Shown: positions 1 to 13,145 of the stretch, piece after piece | Layout: the number at the start of each line of letters is the position of its first letter | Position numbering within the stretch: the first letter of the stretch is position 1 | From: Octopus vulgaris | Taxonomy: Eukaryota | NCBI GenBank assembly: GCA_951406725.2 | Contig: OX597835.1 | Location: 27,094,001 to 27,158,000, forward strand | Reading direction: 5' to 3' | DNA: 64,000 nt | Notes under the pieces: generated by a model | What the model was told of the DNA's origin: nothing | Seen by the model: only the letters and a program-made list of their open reading frames with translations | The model's database searches: none | Made by a program: the position numbers and the translations under genes

Positions 1-78
1 ATATATACAAATATATATACAGATATATATATATAAAAATATACACACAAACACACACACACACTCATATATATGTGT

Positions 79-109
<31 letters not shown>

Positions 110-167
110 AATATATACATATATGTATGTATATATATATGTGTATATATATATATATGTATGTATA

Positions 168-225
<58 letters not shown>

Positions 226-422
226 TATATACATATATATATATATATCAAATAAGAAAATATAAAGGATATACAATCGACAAACATCAGTCATCTATTT
301 ATTAATTGACTACAAACGTGTGCTTAAATGATACAAATAAGTGAATGAAATCAGACAATAAATGCGTAAACACACACACACACACGCACGCACACACACA
401 CACACACATACACACATACACA

Positions 423-513
<91 letters not shown>
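1..513. repeat. (AT)n and (CA)n/(TA)n microsatellites
   Basis: Dinucleotide runs at about 70-250 and 370-513. Confidence 0.95.
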
Positions 514-517
<4 letters not shown>

Positions 518-959
518 GAATAATAGTAGGTGAATGTACATATACAAATCCCTTACGGCCGTTTCTACTATGAGGCATCAATATTTCCTAAGTCATCCTC
601 ATCACGTCAGTGATATACACGGATGAACAAATATTGGACAGAGATTGGACAGTGGTTGAGCCCCAAGGCTTCTTCAGGGAGTACAAATGTTAGGAAACTA
701 ACATGTGGGAAATTCAGTTAGAATAATAGAATAAGGTAAAATAAGATAAAATAGTATAAAATAGATAAAAATAAAAATAATGTAATGGACATGGACATGG
801 TAAGGAAAGGTACGAAAGGTAAGAACTTCATTACATCACAAACTCACACTCGAGTGGTTTACCACCAAGTGAGTTCTCTAAGTCACACTTGAGTGGTCGA
901 CCATTTTCCGTAAGAATGTTTTAACTCAGCATCTTAAGACATCGAAACACTCGTACATT

Positions 960-1110
960 ACGCAATGCTCCTACTGCTTACACCTGTGATATCAACCACC
1001 TCACGGTACCTATTTATGGTAAAGTAGACTGACATACTGCAGAGGTCCAAGCACAACATTTTATACTGGTTCATTGGTGGATTTCGAACCAAAGTCGCTT
1101 CACTTTACAA
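960..1110 (-). mobile_element. Old degenerate tRNA-derived SINE remnant
   Basis: Reverse B-box-like GGTTCGAAATCC near 1080-1090 and a ggtacctattt segment typical of old SINE bodies; heavily decayed. Confidence 0.3.
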
Positions 1111-1116
1111 ACGACG

Positions 1117-1345
1117 TTACTCCTTACTCTCTTTTATTCTTTTACTTGTTTCAGTCATTTGACTGCGGCCATGCTGGAGCACCGCCTTTAGTCGAGCAAA
1201 TCGACCCCAGGATTTATTCTTTGTAAGCCTAGTACTTATTCTACCGGTCGCTTTTGCCGAACCGCTAAGTAACGGGGACATAAACACACCAGCATCGGTT
1301 GTCAAGCGATGTTGGAGGGACAAACACAGACACACAAACACACAC

Positions 1346-1426
<81 letters not shown>

Positions 1427-1873
1427 AAGGCGGTGCTCCAGCATGGCCGCAGTCAAATGACTGAAACATGTAAAAGAGTAAAAGAGTAAAAGAGTATATA
1501 TATATATATATTTCCCTTGGCGGGCTGCCCATATCGGAGCAATCTCAAGATTAATCAGCCGAAATTGCTAAGATGATCTGGTTCTTGACTGATGACTGAG
1601 GGCTTCGAATGTCCCGTCCTGTGGTTCTTGTGTCGTCTCTGTGGTGTTTCATGTTCTTGTCCATGTCTGTAATTATTTTTACTGTTTACCTATATATATA
1701 CATACATATATACGATAGGCTTCTTTCAGTTTCCGTCTACCAAATCCACTCACAAGGCTTTGGTCGGCCCGAGGTTATAGAAGACACTTGCATAAGGTGC
1801 CATGCAGTGGGACTGAACCAGGAACCATGTGGTTGGTAAGCAAGCTACTTACCACACAGCCACTCCTGCGCCT
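1117..1873 (-). mobile_element. SINE type A, interrupted inside its internal microsatellite
   Basis: 3' half at 1117-1410 and tRNA-like head at about 1710-1873 (sense AGGCGCAGGAGTGGCTGTGTGGT...GGTTCAGTCCC). Between them lie an inverted tail fragment (1427-1495) and unrelated sequence. Confidence 0.85.
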
Positions 1874-2173
1874 AGTTAGTTCAGTAATCTTTATTTATTT
1901 GTTGTTTTGTATTTTGTTTCTGTTTTTGTTTTTTTGTTTTGTTTACACCTCGTCTCTTAATTCTTTAAAGCACTGTGAAGCTATAAGCAATACAGATCTA
2001 TGTTTTCATTAAACGTATGTTAGTTTTTGGTGCTGTTGTTGCTGCTGTTGTTGTCGTGGTGGTGGTGGTGGTGGTGGTGGTTGTGATGATGATGGTGGTG
2101 GTGGTTATTTTTGTTGTCATTGTTGGTAGTGGTGAAGTGTTTGTAGGAGTAGTGGTAGTAGTAGTAGTAGTAG

Positions 2174-2204
<31 letters not shown>

Positions 2205-2517
2205 GATGGTGGTGGTATTGATGTCGCCGTCGTCGTAGTAGTAGTAGTAGTAACCATCGTCAACTCGGTCGCCGTTGTCGTGGTGGTCGCGGTGGTGACG
2301 TCGGTGGTATATGGCTAAAAGCGCGGGTCAGACAGGAGTGGTAGTTAAACTTAATAAATCAGCAAAAATTACATTATTTTATGGTTTAAATAAGGACAAA
2401 CGTTAACAACTAAAGTTTTATTACAGAAAGTGTTAATAAGTTTTGGCTTGAGAATTCCAGGTGTCTTACAGGAAGTCGAAATGGGTTAAATGTCTGTGGT
2501 TATACGATTATTAATAA

Positions 2518-2915
2518 CTAGCAGTATCGCCCGGCGTTGCTCGGGTTTGTAAGGGAAATAAATATATAAGCATTTTTAGAGAGTTATAGCCAAAAAATAG
2601 CAAAAACAATGCATTAAAAATGGAAAAAAAATGATGGTAAACTTTTTTTTAAATCGTTGACTCATCGTAGACATTTTTAGAGACATTTACCTTATTTAAT
2701 AGCGAAAAAATGCATTAAAATGGAAAAAAAATGATGGTAAATTTTTTTTTAAATCGTAGACTCATCGTAGACGCGCGCTAATACCCAGAAGGGCTCGATA
2801 TGAATCACGACTATAAGATACCCGGTTTTGGTTAAACTGCACCGCAAAATGTGGGAGTAGTTAGGAATCTAAATCGTAGGAGACAGACACACAACTTCAC
2901 TTTTATATATAAAGA
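2518..2915 (-). mobile_element. Non-autonomous Helitron
   Basis: Minus strand starts TCTTTATATATAAAA and ends CCCGAGCAACGCCGGG hairpin + CGATACTGCTAG. It sits between host A and T with no TSD and has an internal ~100-bp duplication (about 2597-2672 vs 2698-2772). Confidence 0.85.
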
Positions 2916-2924
2916 TAACTTGTC

Positions 2925-3085
2925 TGCTAAAAGCGCAAGGCCTAAAATTGGGTGAGAGGTTGCTAGTCGATTACATCGACCCCAGTGCGAAACTGGTACG
3001 TAATTTATTGACCCCGAAAAGATGAAAGAGAAAGTCGATCTCGGCAGAATTCCATATTCAGTCTAAGCATTTTTGCCACAGTTCC
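2925..3085 (-). mobile_element. SINE type M fragment (Meta-domain-like body, tail 2)
   Basis: Matches the GAGGTCGACTTTGCCTTTCATCCTTTCGGGGTCGATAAATTAAGTACCAG core of the other copies. Confidence 0.75.
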
Positions 3086-3194
3086 GCATTTTTTTTTCAC
3101 TAATTCGCTGATGAAGGAAACTTGTACTTCCTTCTCTACCAACGCTGCTATTGCTGCTGATGCTACTGTTGCTGCTGTAGCTGTTACTTTTGCT

Positions 3195-3430
<236 letters not shown>

Positions 3431-3596
3431 AACGCTTTCTTTGTCAGAAAGCGTCTGATGAGAGAGCCGTCTCTCGTTTATTTGTCATGAAAAGTCTATT
3501 GATGTATGCAGTAAAAAGTAAAACGCAAAAAAATTCAGATATTACAGAAACCTCGCTGACATATTTATTGTCACGCTACACCAGGCATTATGGTAG

Positions 3597-3691
3597 ATGA
3601 GGGGAGATATGTTGACTAACAAATCGTCTTCAGCTGCCTCGAATTACTATTTCGGGCAAGAGGAAAGCCCCTTGCTCTCTCAAGATGCACA
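3597..3691 (+). CDS. Candidate first coding exon of a host gene (N-terminal tail of a putative endolysosomal membrane protein)
   Basis: In-frame TAG at 3594, ATG at 3597 and 3609, reads MRGDMLTNKSSSAASNYYFGQEESPLLSQDA, then a consensus donor CA|GTAAGT at 3692. An alternative acceptor TCTTCAG (3633) with GACTAAC upstream is also present. Confidence 0.5.
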
Positions 3692-3844
3692 GTAAGTTTT
3701 TCTTTTTTCTTTCTTGCTGCTCAATAAGGAACTGAGGAACAGATGAGCATTTCTTTGTCACACAGCTTTACCATATAGACTTTTTTCTGTGAATTGATTT
3801 ACATCTACAGCCTGTCCGTTCGTCGTAGCTCCAGAAAAGGATAA

Positions 3845-3995
3845 TAAAGATCTTGAAATAGAAATTGGCAAAATGTGAAACCTCAAGTCTAACATAATAC
3901 CTATCGTTATAGGTGCCATAGGAATAATAGCAAAAGGGGCTGATTGCTACCTAGCTCAGATACCAGGAAATCCCAAAATGGAGGAAGACTTGGAA
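3845..3995 (+). pseudogene. R4/Dong-like non-LTR retrotransposon, C-terminal endonuclease fragment
   Basis: Reads KDLEIEIGKM*NLK..IIPIVIGAIGIIAKGADCYLAQIPGNPKM. Confidence 0.75.
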
Positions 3996-4499
3996 ATTTT
4001 TGTCTGATTCTCATTTCGAACTTACTACGATTCCTTCCCTTGGCGAGTGAGTGTGTTTGGGTGCGTTTGGGAGTGTTACTATCGCTGTTGTTGCTGTCCT
4101 TGTTATTCATGTTGTTTACATTGTTCAAATTATGTTAATTTCTACCAGGAAGTTATATTTCTTTTTCTTGTGAAATAAATATATTTTGTTAAGAAATTAA
4201 ATTTATTTTCTTTCTATAAACATATTTTATTTCGACCGATTTTTGGTTTTCAAGAGCTGTAGTCATTTAATTTGTTTATGAGTGGTAGAAATAACTTTTT
4301 TGTTGTTTTCTTCGCAGTTTAGTCTTTTTTCGCCCAAACAGAGAAATATTAATGTAATTAAAATTCCTATCCATCTACTTAGAAATTCCAATTGACAAAA
4401 TGTTTTTGCATGATGTTTCATATTTACGATATGCTAAACGTAGAGGAAACACGTCCGATTATCTCAAAAAAATAAACAAAGACAACACAACCTTAATAG

Positions 4500-4522
4500 A
4501 AGTAGTAGTAGTAGTAGTTGTG

Positions 4523-4582
<60 letters not shown>

Positions 4583-4668
4583 TGGTGGTGGTGGTGGTGG
4601 TGGTAGTAGTAGTAGTAGTAGTGGTGGTGGTGGTGGTGGTGGTGGTGGTGGTGGTGGTGGTGGTGGTG

Positions 4669-4700
<32 letters not shown>

Positions 4701-4701
4701 T

Positions 4702-4754
<53 letters not shown>

Positions 4755-4755
4755 G

Positions 4756-4815
<60 letters not shown>

Positions 4816-4820
4816 TAATA
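4500..4820. repeat. (GTA)n/(GTG)n repeat
   Basis: Directly visible. Confidence 0.95.
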
Positions 4821-4894
4821 ATAACGTAGCGGCAGACGAAGTACCGCTAAGGGTTCCGCTCAGCATGCTAAATCAAATAATAATAATAATAATC

Positions 4895-5090
4895 CTTTCT
4901 ACTATAGGTACAAGGCCTGGAATTTGTGGGGGAGGGAAATGGTTGATTACATCAACCCCAGTACTTGACTGGTACTTAATTCATCGATCCCGAAAGGATG
5001 AAAAGTAAAGTCAACTTCGGCGGAATTTGAGGTCAGAACTTAGCGGCAGACAAATTACCGCTAAGCATTTCACGTAGCGTACTAAATCAG
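4895..5090 (-). mobile_element. SINE type M (tail 2) ending in (ATT)n
   Basis: Meta-like core; head segment partly duplicated at 4825-4880. Confidence 0.8.
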
Positions 5091-5099
5091 AAAATGAAA

Positions 5100-5545
5100 A
5101 CAAAGATCTTGAAATTGAAATTGGCAAAATGTGAAACCTCAAGACTAAAACAATACCTATCGTTATAGGTGCCCTAGGAATAATAGCAAAAGGGGCTGAT
5201 TGCTACATAGCTCAGATACCAGGAAATCCAAAAATGGATGGAATTCAAAAATTCTTTTCTATTCTAGGCTCAAGGCCCGAAATTTTGGGGGAGAGTGCTA
5301 GTCGATTATATCGACTCCAGTGCGTAACTGGTACTTATTTAATCGACCCCGAAAGGATGGAAGGCAAAGTCGACCTCGGCGGAATTTGAACTCAGAACGT
5401 AGAGGCAGACGGAATACTGCTAAGCATTTCGCCCGGCGTGCTAACGTTTCTGCCAGCTCGCCACCTTAAAGAGGTACCGTTGCCCCGGAAATTAGTGCTC
5501 ATGGGAACTGCCCATATCCTACGTAAAGTATTGTCTATGTAATCT
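5100..5545 (+). pseudogene. R4/Dong-like C-terminal fragment interrupted by a type M SINE (5255-5468, minus)
   Basis: KDLEIEIGKM*NLKTKTIPIVIGALGIIAKGADCY...PKMDGIQK, then the SINE, then VLMGTAHILRKVLSM*. Confidence 0.8.
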
Positions 5546-5704
5546 CCAAAATATTTTAATCCGTAAACAATGTCAAAATACTTTTAAATGTACATAACAA
5601 CAAACACCTTTTGCTGTAATCTTAACATCAGACTATCATCTTATAATTAAATTAATTTTAAAACAAACTTCTAATTTGCTTGTTTTGACAGACATTTTCT
5701 AGAA

Positions 5705-6181
5705 CAGGGGTTACCAAACATTTTTCACAGTGGGCCAGATAACTGAGAGAGTGATAAGCGCGGGCCGCATAACCATTTTGTTTAATACAATACGGTGAAT
5801 ACACGAAAAATAAAGACAACCAACAAATGTATTTACCAAAAAGTTATCAAAGAAGGTGATGTTATCAATAAGATAGTTATATCATACCCGGTGCACACAT
5901 ATCCGAATCTAACAAACTAAACAGCAAAAGGGGTTAGTGAGATTTGTGAAACTGTTACTCTTTACTCCTTTACTTGTGTCAGTCATTTGACTGCGGCCAT
6001 GCTGGAGCACAGCCTTTAATCGAGCAACTCGACCCCGGGACTTATTCTTTTGCAAGCCCAGTACTTATTCTATCGGACTCTTTTGATTCTATCGAACCGC
6101 TAAGTAACAGGGACATAAACACACCAGCATCAGTTGTCAAGCAATGCTAGGGGGACAAATACAGACACACAAACACACACA

Positions 6182-6223
<42 letters not shown>

Positions 6224-7080
6224 TACGACGGGCTTCTTTCAGTTTCCGTCTATCAAATCCACTCACAAGGCTTTGGTCGGCCCGAGGCTATAGTAGAAGA
6301 CACTTGCCCAGGGTGCCTCGCAGTGGGACTGAACCCGGAACCATGTGGTTGGTAGACAAGCTACTTACCACACAGCCACTCCTGCGCCTGTTGTTTAGAT
6401 TTTAAAATATCATCAATATTTGCTTAGGAATTGCTGCATCCAACCAAGAGAATTCTTTTCAATTGTTCATCAGTCATCCTCGTTCGAAGTGCTGACTTCA
6501 CAGACATATGTTGTTCCAAACACTGATGCCATGCCAGAGGCAAATTTCTTTAAATTTGAAAACACATCAGATAAGCAGCGATAAAATTCAACAAGTATTC
6601 CTTCTTCTCTGAGCTTCTCTTTCAACAAGCCATTTACTTGCAAATCAGTGAGCACCAACTGTAGTTCGAATGACACGTCATCAAGTTTACAATCAAAGTG
6701 AATCTGGAATAGAAGAATGTCATTCTCAATTCTGTCGAGATCTGAAAAATCTCTCCGAAAAATGCTTATTTTAATCACAAATAATCTTTATCGGAAACTC
6801 AAGGTTGACATCTTCTGCGATTCCAGTGTGAAGTTCTTCAAAACACTGAAAATGAGAGAAGTTTCTTCCTTCCAGTTGTGCTTCAAACAATGATAGCTTT
6901 CTTCGAAATTCTTTGATGATTCCGTAGAGATCACAGACAAGGTTATCCTTTCCCTCAAGTTTCAAGTTCAATTCATTTATGCCTGATGTGATTCCAACCA
7001 AAAATGACAACTTTCACTGCCAGGCAGGATCTGACAGAAGAGGGGATCTGCTCTATCCTTCTTCGGTGAGAAAACATCTA
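5705..7080 (-). mobile_element. hAT (Charlie/GTF2IRD2-like) DNA transposon fossil, 3' part
   Basis: Terminus CAGGGGTTACCAAAC at 5705 preceded by TTCTAGAA. ORF pieces 6771-7010 (INELNLKLEG..FRRKLSLF) and 6470-6778 (ASVFGTTYVCE), with C-terminus ...RMTDEQL...QFHKSH* split by a SINE. Confidence 0.85.
5955..6388 (-). mobile_element. SINE type A, full length
   Basis: A/B-box head, internal (TA)n, tail CCAGCATGGCCGCAGTCAAATGACTGA..(AAAGAGT)n; inserted into the hAT ORF end. Confidence 0.9.
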
Positions 7081-7090
7081 TTTCTTTTTC

Positions 7091-7845
<755 letters not shown>

Positions 7846-8283
7846 GTTGTTATTTTGCTATTTTCTCCTCGTCATTGTCGTCCTCCTCCTCCTCCTCCTC
7901 CTCATCATCATCATCATCATCATCATCATCGTCATCATCATCGTCATCGTCATCGTCGTCATCGTCGTCGTCGTCATCATCATCATCATCATCATCATCA
8001 TTATCATCATCATCATCATCATCATCTGTGTATATAGGTGAAGATATAGTATATATAAGGAAGCTGTATAATCACCCTTTTATCATTAGCTTAGAGCAGT
8101 CTCAGTTATAAGTAAGAGCGCACACAGTCGAGTGCCCGGATGACATCCTGTCGCTTCATTAGTGATTTAAGATGCGTGCATTATTAGTATAATGAGTTCT
8201 AATAACTGGTTGTTACTCCTGCTATGGCAAAACTGAATCACAACATATATATGTATATATATACACGCACTCACACACACATT

Positions 8284-8315
<32 letters not shown>

Positions 8316-8328
8316 GACAAACACACAA

Positions 8329-8360
<32 letters not shown>

Positions 8361-8369
8361 ACACACACA

Positions 8370-8509
8370 CAGCAATACTTCATTTTGCGAGGGCTTGCTT
8401 TACGACCTCCGGATTTACGAGCTTTTACAAGTTTTATTTTCTGTTTACGAGTTTTCGCTTTACGAGCGTTCTCCAGGAACGAATTAACTCGTATATCGGG
8501 GCGTAATTG
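8370..8509. mobile_element. Tc1/mariner pogo/Tigger-like MITE
   Basis: Degenerate TIRs CAGCAATACTTCATTTTGCGAG...CTCGTATATCGGGGCGTAATTG followed by TA; internal TTTACGAG repeats. Confidence 0.55.
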
Positions 8510-8535
8510 TATATACATCTTAAAACTGGTACGCG

Positions 8536-8815
8536 AAGGATGCATAGCCCAGTGGTTAGAGCGACGCGCTCGCAATCATGAGGTAGTGAGTTCGTTTCCT
8601 GGACTCCTGGACTGGGTTGTGTGTTGTGTTCTTGAGCAAGACACTTTATTTCATGTTGTTCCAGTTCACCCAGCTGTAGAAATGAGTTGTGACGTCACTG
8701 GTGCCAAACTGCATCAGCCTTTGCCTTTCCCTTGGATAACATCGGTGGCATGGAGAGGAGTAGCTGGCATGCATGGGCGACTACTGATTTTCCATAAACA
8801 ACCTTGCCTGAACTA
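8536..8815 (+). mobile_element. SINE type B (tRNA head + CORE-like segment)
   Basis: AGCCCAGTGGTTAGAGCG..GAGTTCGTTTCC head; TTCTTGAGCAAGACACTTTATTTCA..CAGCTGTAGAAATGAGT body. Confidence 0.8.
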
Positions 8816-9258
8816 TATATATGCATATATATAAAATGGAGTTTGTATGATTGTGTATAGAGGGATATATATTATATCCCTTAATATTCTACATTCAATA
8901 TTTCATTCATTCAATAAGACAATCAATACTTCATTTCATTTTACTATATATATATTATTTATACTATATATTCTATATTCTACATTAATAATATAAAGAA
9001 TATGAATAACACATAAAAAACAGAGTTGGAATTTCTTTGAATATATATATATACGACGGATTTCTTTACAGTTTCCGTCTATCAAGTCCCCTCGCAAGGC
9101 TTTGGTCGGCCTGAGGCCTTAGTAGAAGACACCTGCCCAGGACGCCAGTGAAACTGAACCCAGAACCATGTTGTTGGGAAGCAAGCGTTTTCCTAATCAC
9201 ATGGTTCTAGGTTCAGAGCCTCGCCACCCGTACATCCACCCATCTATACATACATACA

Positions 9259-9300
<42 letters not shown>

Positions 9301-9597
9301 TGTGTGTGTGCACGCGGCCATTTGTGTGTGTGTAATATTTATAAACAAACCTGAAGGCTTTGTAAGTTACGGAGAGAAAACGACTATGGAAGTTAATAGA
9401 ACAATAATATCTATAATGATATATCATAATAATACATATTCTCCGATTTAAAGCGATATTTATATATTAACAAATTAACTGAAGAATGATGAGCAAACTC
9501 TAGCCAGAACCGAACCCACATATCAACGCTTACGCAGCTCCATGCGCATCCGACAGGGCCAAACGCTCACCCATCAATTTCAGCTAAATATATATAT

Positions 9598-9827
9598 TTC
9601 TATATTACTCACAAAGGGCTAAACATAGAGGGGACAAACAAAGACAGACAAAGGTATTAAGTCGATTACATCGACCCCAATGCGTAACTGGTACTTAATT
9701 TATCGACCCCGAAGGGATGAAAGGCAAAGTCCACCTCGGCGGAATTTGAACTCAGAACGTAGCGGCAGACGAAATACTGCTAAGCATTTCGCCCGGCGTG
9801 CTAACAATTCTGCCAGCTCACCGCCTT
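9598..9827 (-). mobile_element. SINE type M (tail 1), full length with TSD
   Basis: TTTCAGCTAAATATATATAT at both 9578-9597 and 9828-9847. Confidence 0.9.
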
Positions 9828-10009
9828 TTTCAGCTAAATATATATATATACGCAAACACGATTATGTATGTTTTCCAATATTCCTGATGTGTCATTGTGT
9901 CTGCGTTTGTCCCCCACTACTACTTAACAACCGGTGTTGGTGTGTTTATGTCTCCGTAGCCAAATGGTTCCGTAAAGAGACCGATAGAAGAAGGATCATT
10001 GATGTTATT

Positions 10010-10198
10010 GACGGGAAAGGCAAAGGCTGATACCGCTTGGCACCAGTGACGCCGCAACTCATTTCTACAGCTGAGTGAACTGGAGCAACGTGAAATAAAG
10101 TGTTTTGCTCAAGAACACGACACAGAGCCCAGCCCCGGAATCGAACTCACAACCTCACGATATAAGCCCGACGCTCCAACCACTGAGCCATGCACCTT
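10010..10198 (-). mobile_element. SINE type B, 5' part
   Basis: Reverse match to 8536-8740 and 52840-53030. Confidence 0.8.
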
Positions 10199-11289
10199 CT
10201 AGCATTGAGATTGTGTTAATATATATCACTAGCGGAGATACATCGCTGCTATCTCCAGCGTCCGAGCATCTGCCATTGATAAGGACAGGGAAGGCTGAAA
10301 TCCCGTGACCTGGCGGCCTCGTTGCTGACGCTGGTGGGTGATTTATCTCCCTGCTAGCAGTATATAAATAAGAATGCATTTTGCACCAAACCCATGATAG
10401 TTTCTCTCGTTATATCTACCGCAGTATGGTTTGTTCTAACACAACATCCACGTTTAAGTGGGGGATAGATATTAGCTCTCGGCATTAATACTGCCTCTGC
10501 CACTATTATTCATATGCATACATATACCTGCAAGCAAAGGATGCAGCAGAAAAATCTCCCGTATTTTATACGGAAACTGATTTGGCTGTAGGCAAGTTAG
10601 GCAGATGCTAATATTGCCTTCAAGTAGCAAATGTTTTACCATTTGTTTTTATTTAGATATCATTGTAGTTTGAATTGTTCTATATTACGTGTTACCGTTG
10701 AAACGTTTATCAAGAATGGTAACTCTGAATAGTTTTGTCGCCCCTTGTATTTATTTTTATCGACAAACTTAACAAGAATTAGTTGAACAGATTTTGTTCG
10801 TTAGACTTTCGGGGAAGGGGAAGGCGGTCTCGTCATACGTTTTGTCGATCAGAAGAAATTTGATTTTCATTGACCAGGATACACGTGAATACTTCTATTG
10901 ATACTTGAATCGAAATCTATCAATCGTTGATTAATTCTTTCTTCATCTTGAGCCATTTCTTCAAATTCTTTTACTGTTATTTCTTTGAAATCATTTTCGA
11001 CATCATCAGATTCTTTTGATTCTTTGCAGTCTAATTATTTTTTGTTGTTCCATTTCCAAGTTGTCATCGTCGCCATCTTCAAAATCCTAAGTCCTGTTCC
11101 ATAGCAGTAATTTCTCCAAATTACACTTTTCACGAAGAATTCAAAACAATAAAGAAAAGAAGAGAGAGAGAGAAATCTTTAGAACTTTCAAGCAAAAGTT
11201 ATTGTTTTGTCCTCCAAGACGCCCTTCATGAACTGGATATTATTTCTTCCTATGAGTAATGAATATTTTCATTTGCGTGTTTAATATTT

Positions 11290-11503
11290 CTTTCGAATTT
11301 CAGCACAAGGCCAGCAAGTTCAAGGGAGGGGGCAAGCCAATTACATTGACCCCCAGTACGCGACTGGTACTTATTTTACCGACCCCAAAAGGATGAAAGG
11401 CAAAGCCGACCTCGGCGGAATTTGAACTCAGAACGTAAAACCGAAAGAAACTATGTAAAGTATTTCGTCCCGCGCAGCAACGATTCTGCCAGCTCGCCGC
11501 CTT
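11290..11503 (-). mobile_element. SINE type M (tail 2 variant)
   Basis: Head GGCGGCGAGCTGGCAGAATCGTT, Meta-like core, degenerate TSD ending TTAATAT. Confidence 0.8.
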
Positions 11504-11539
11504 ATTACGTGCCTTAATATCAAAATCCTTTTATGCTAG

Positions 11540-11724
11540 CAGCATGGTTTCAGGTTCAATCCAAGGGGGCAGCAAACTTGGGCAAGTATCTTCAACTATA
11601 GCCCCAGGTCGACTAAAGCCTTTTCTAGTGAATTTGGTAGACAGAAACTGAAAAAAATTGTGTGTATATGTGTGCACGTGTATGTATATAAGCATATATC
11701 CATATATTATTTATATTATGTATG

Positions 11725-11800
<76 letters not shown>

Positions 11801-12185
11801 GATTTATATATGTGTGTGTGTATATATATATATATATACACACATATATGCATGTATGTATATAAACATATATATATATATATATACATATATATATACA
11901 TAATATAAATAATATATAGATATATGCTTATATACATGTGTTTGTGTACGTGTATGTGTGTACACGTGTGTGCGTCTACGTATGTATGCGCGCGTGTGCA
12001 GGTCCCCGTACTGTTTGACAACCGGTGTGAGTCTGTTTACATGCGGTTCGACAAAAGAACCCGATAGAATAAGTACTAGACTTTAAAAGAAATAAGTCCT
12101 GGGGAGTCGATTTGTTCGATTAAAACCTTTCGACATGGTGCCCCAAGAATGGTCGGAGACGAATGACTAGAACAGGTGAAACATA
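11540..12185 (+). mobile_element. Diverged SINE type A with expanded internal microsatellite
   Basis: Head to ~11655, (TA)/(TG) array to ~12000, tail to ~12185. Confidence 0.7.
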
Positions 12186-12319
12186 GAGATAAAGATATAT
12201 GCTACGTTTTTTCGACATCAATTCAATAACTATTGCGAAAACTTCTAAGAAAATAATCGTTAATAAAGAAATAAGAAGAAATAGCGCTCCATTTCTTAAA
12301 GGGGTTTGGATTGTCACCT

Positions 12320-12580
12320 TTATGCAAGTTACTTAGCCTATAAATGCTTTTGCATATGTTAAAGTGTATCGTCTGCTTTTTCAGTCAGAACAGGACAATT
12401 GCTGCGCTGACGATAGCTAATGAAGCAGAAACAAGTATACGTAGCAATCTTCTTGTCTTCGAACAATCAGACCGACTTTTTGGTTTTCTTCGTAGCATGT
12501 CAAATTTGAAGAATTCCTGATAATTGAAATTTTCTCCCCTTCCCAAAGCGAATTGATACCAATTACCACCAAGCAATTCT
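12320..12580 (-). pseudogene. Possible very decayed hAT C-terminal dimerisation region
   Basis: Minus frame LLRILVSASLAIVSAAIVLF*LKK...RLSNL loosely resembles the hAT SAERSFSxLK...RLSNL motif; weak. Confidence 0.25.
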
Positions 12581-12750
12581 TCTACCTTCGACAGAAGCGA
12601 TGATTTCAGTATAACAAGACCTTTATCCTATATGGTATTTAATACGCCTTCATTCGTCTTTGTTATTCAAATGCATGCAACTGGACTTTCTGAGTTATTT
12701 CTCATTGCTTATTTATTATATAAATGTATATAAGTGTGTATGTATGTATG

Positions 12751-12848
<98 letters not shown>

Positions 12849-12977
12849 CATATACATACATACACAGATATACGTATATGTATATATGTATATACATACA
12901 CACACATGTATAGGGAAAGAAAGGGAAGCATGTATATATAGTTATACATACGCACTCACATATCTATATGCGTGTGC

Positions 12978-13029
<52 letters not shown>

Positions 13030-13068
13030 TATATATATAGATAGATAGATAGATAGATAGATATAGAT

Positions 13069-13086
13069 ATAGATATAGATATACAT

Positions 13087-13145
<59 letters not shown>

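Noticed and set aside
2330-2489. GGG-TTAA end suggesting a piggyBac-type terminus
   Set aside because: No matching opposite terminus found
8536-8610. tRNA-like sequences here and at 25995-26069 and 52840-52910
   Set aside because: SINE heads: A/B boxes are present but there is no intact cloverleaf and they continue into shared SINE bodies
10540-11260. Possible decayed transposase (piggyBac-like) on the minus strand
   Set aside because: Only faint motif hints and many stops; cannot be supported by eye
12385-12433. Possible + strand exon after TTTTTCAG
   Set aside because: Donor GTATAC is weak and the region is equally explained as a decayed minus-strand transposase
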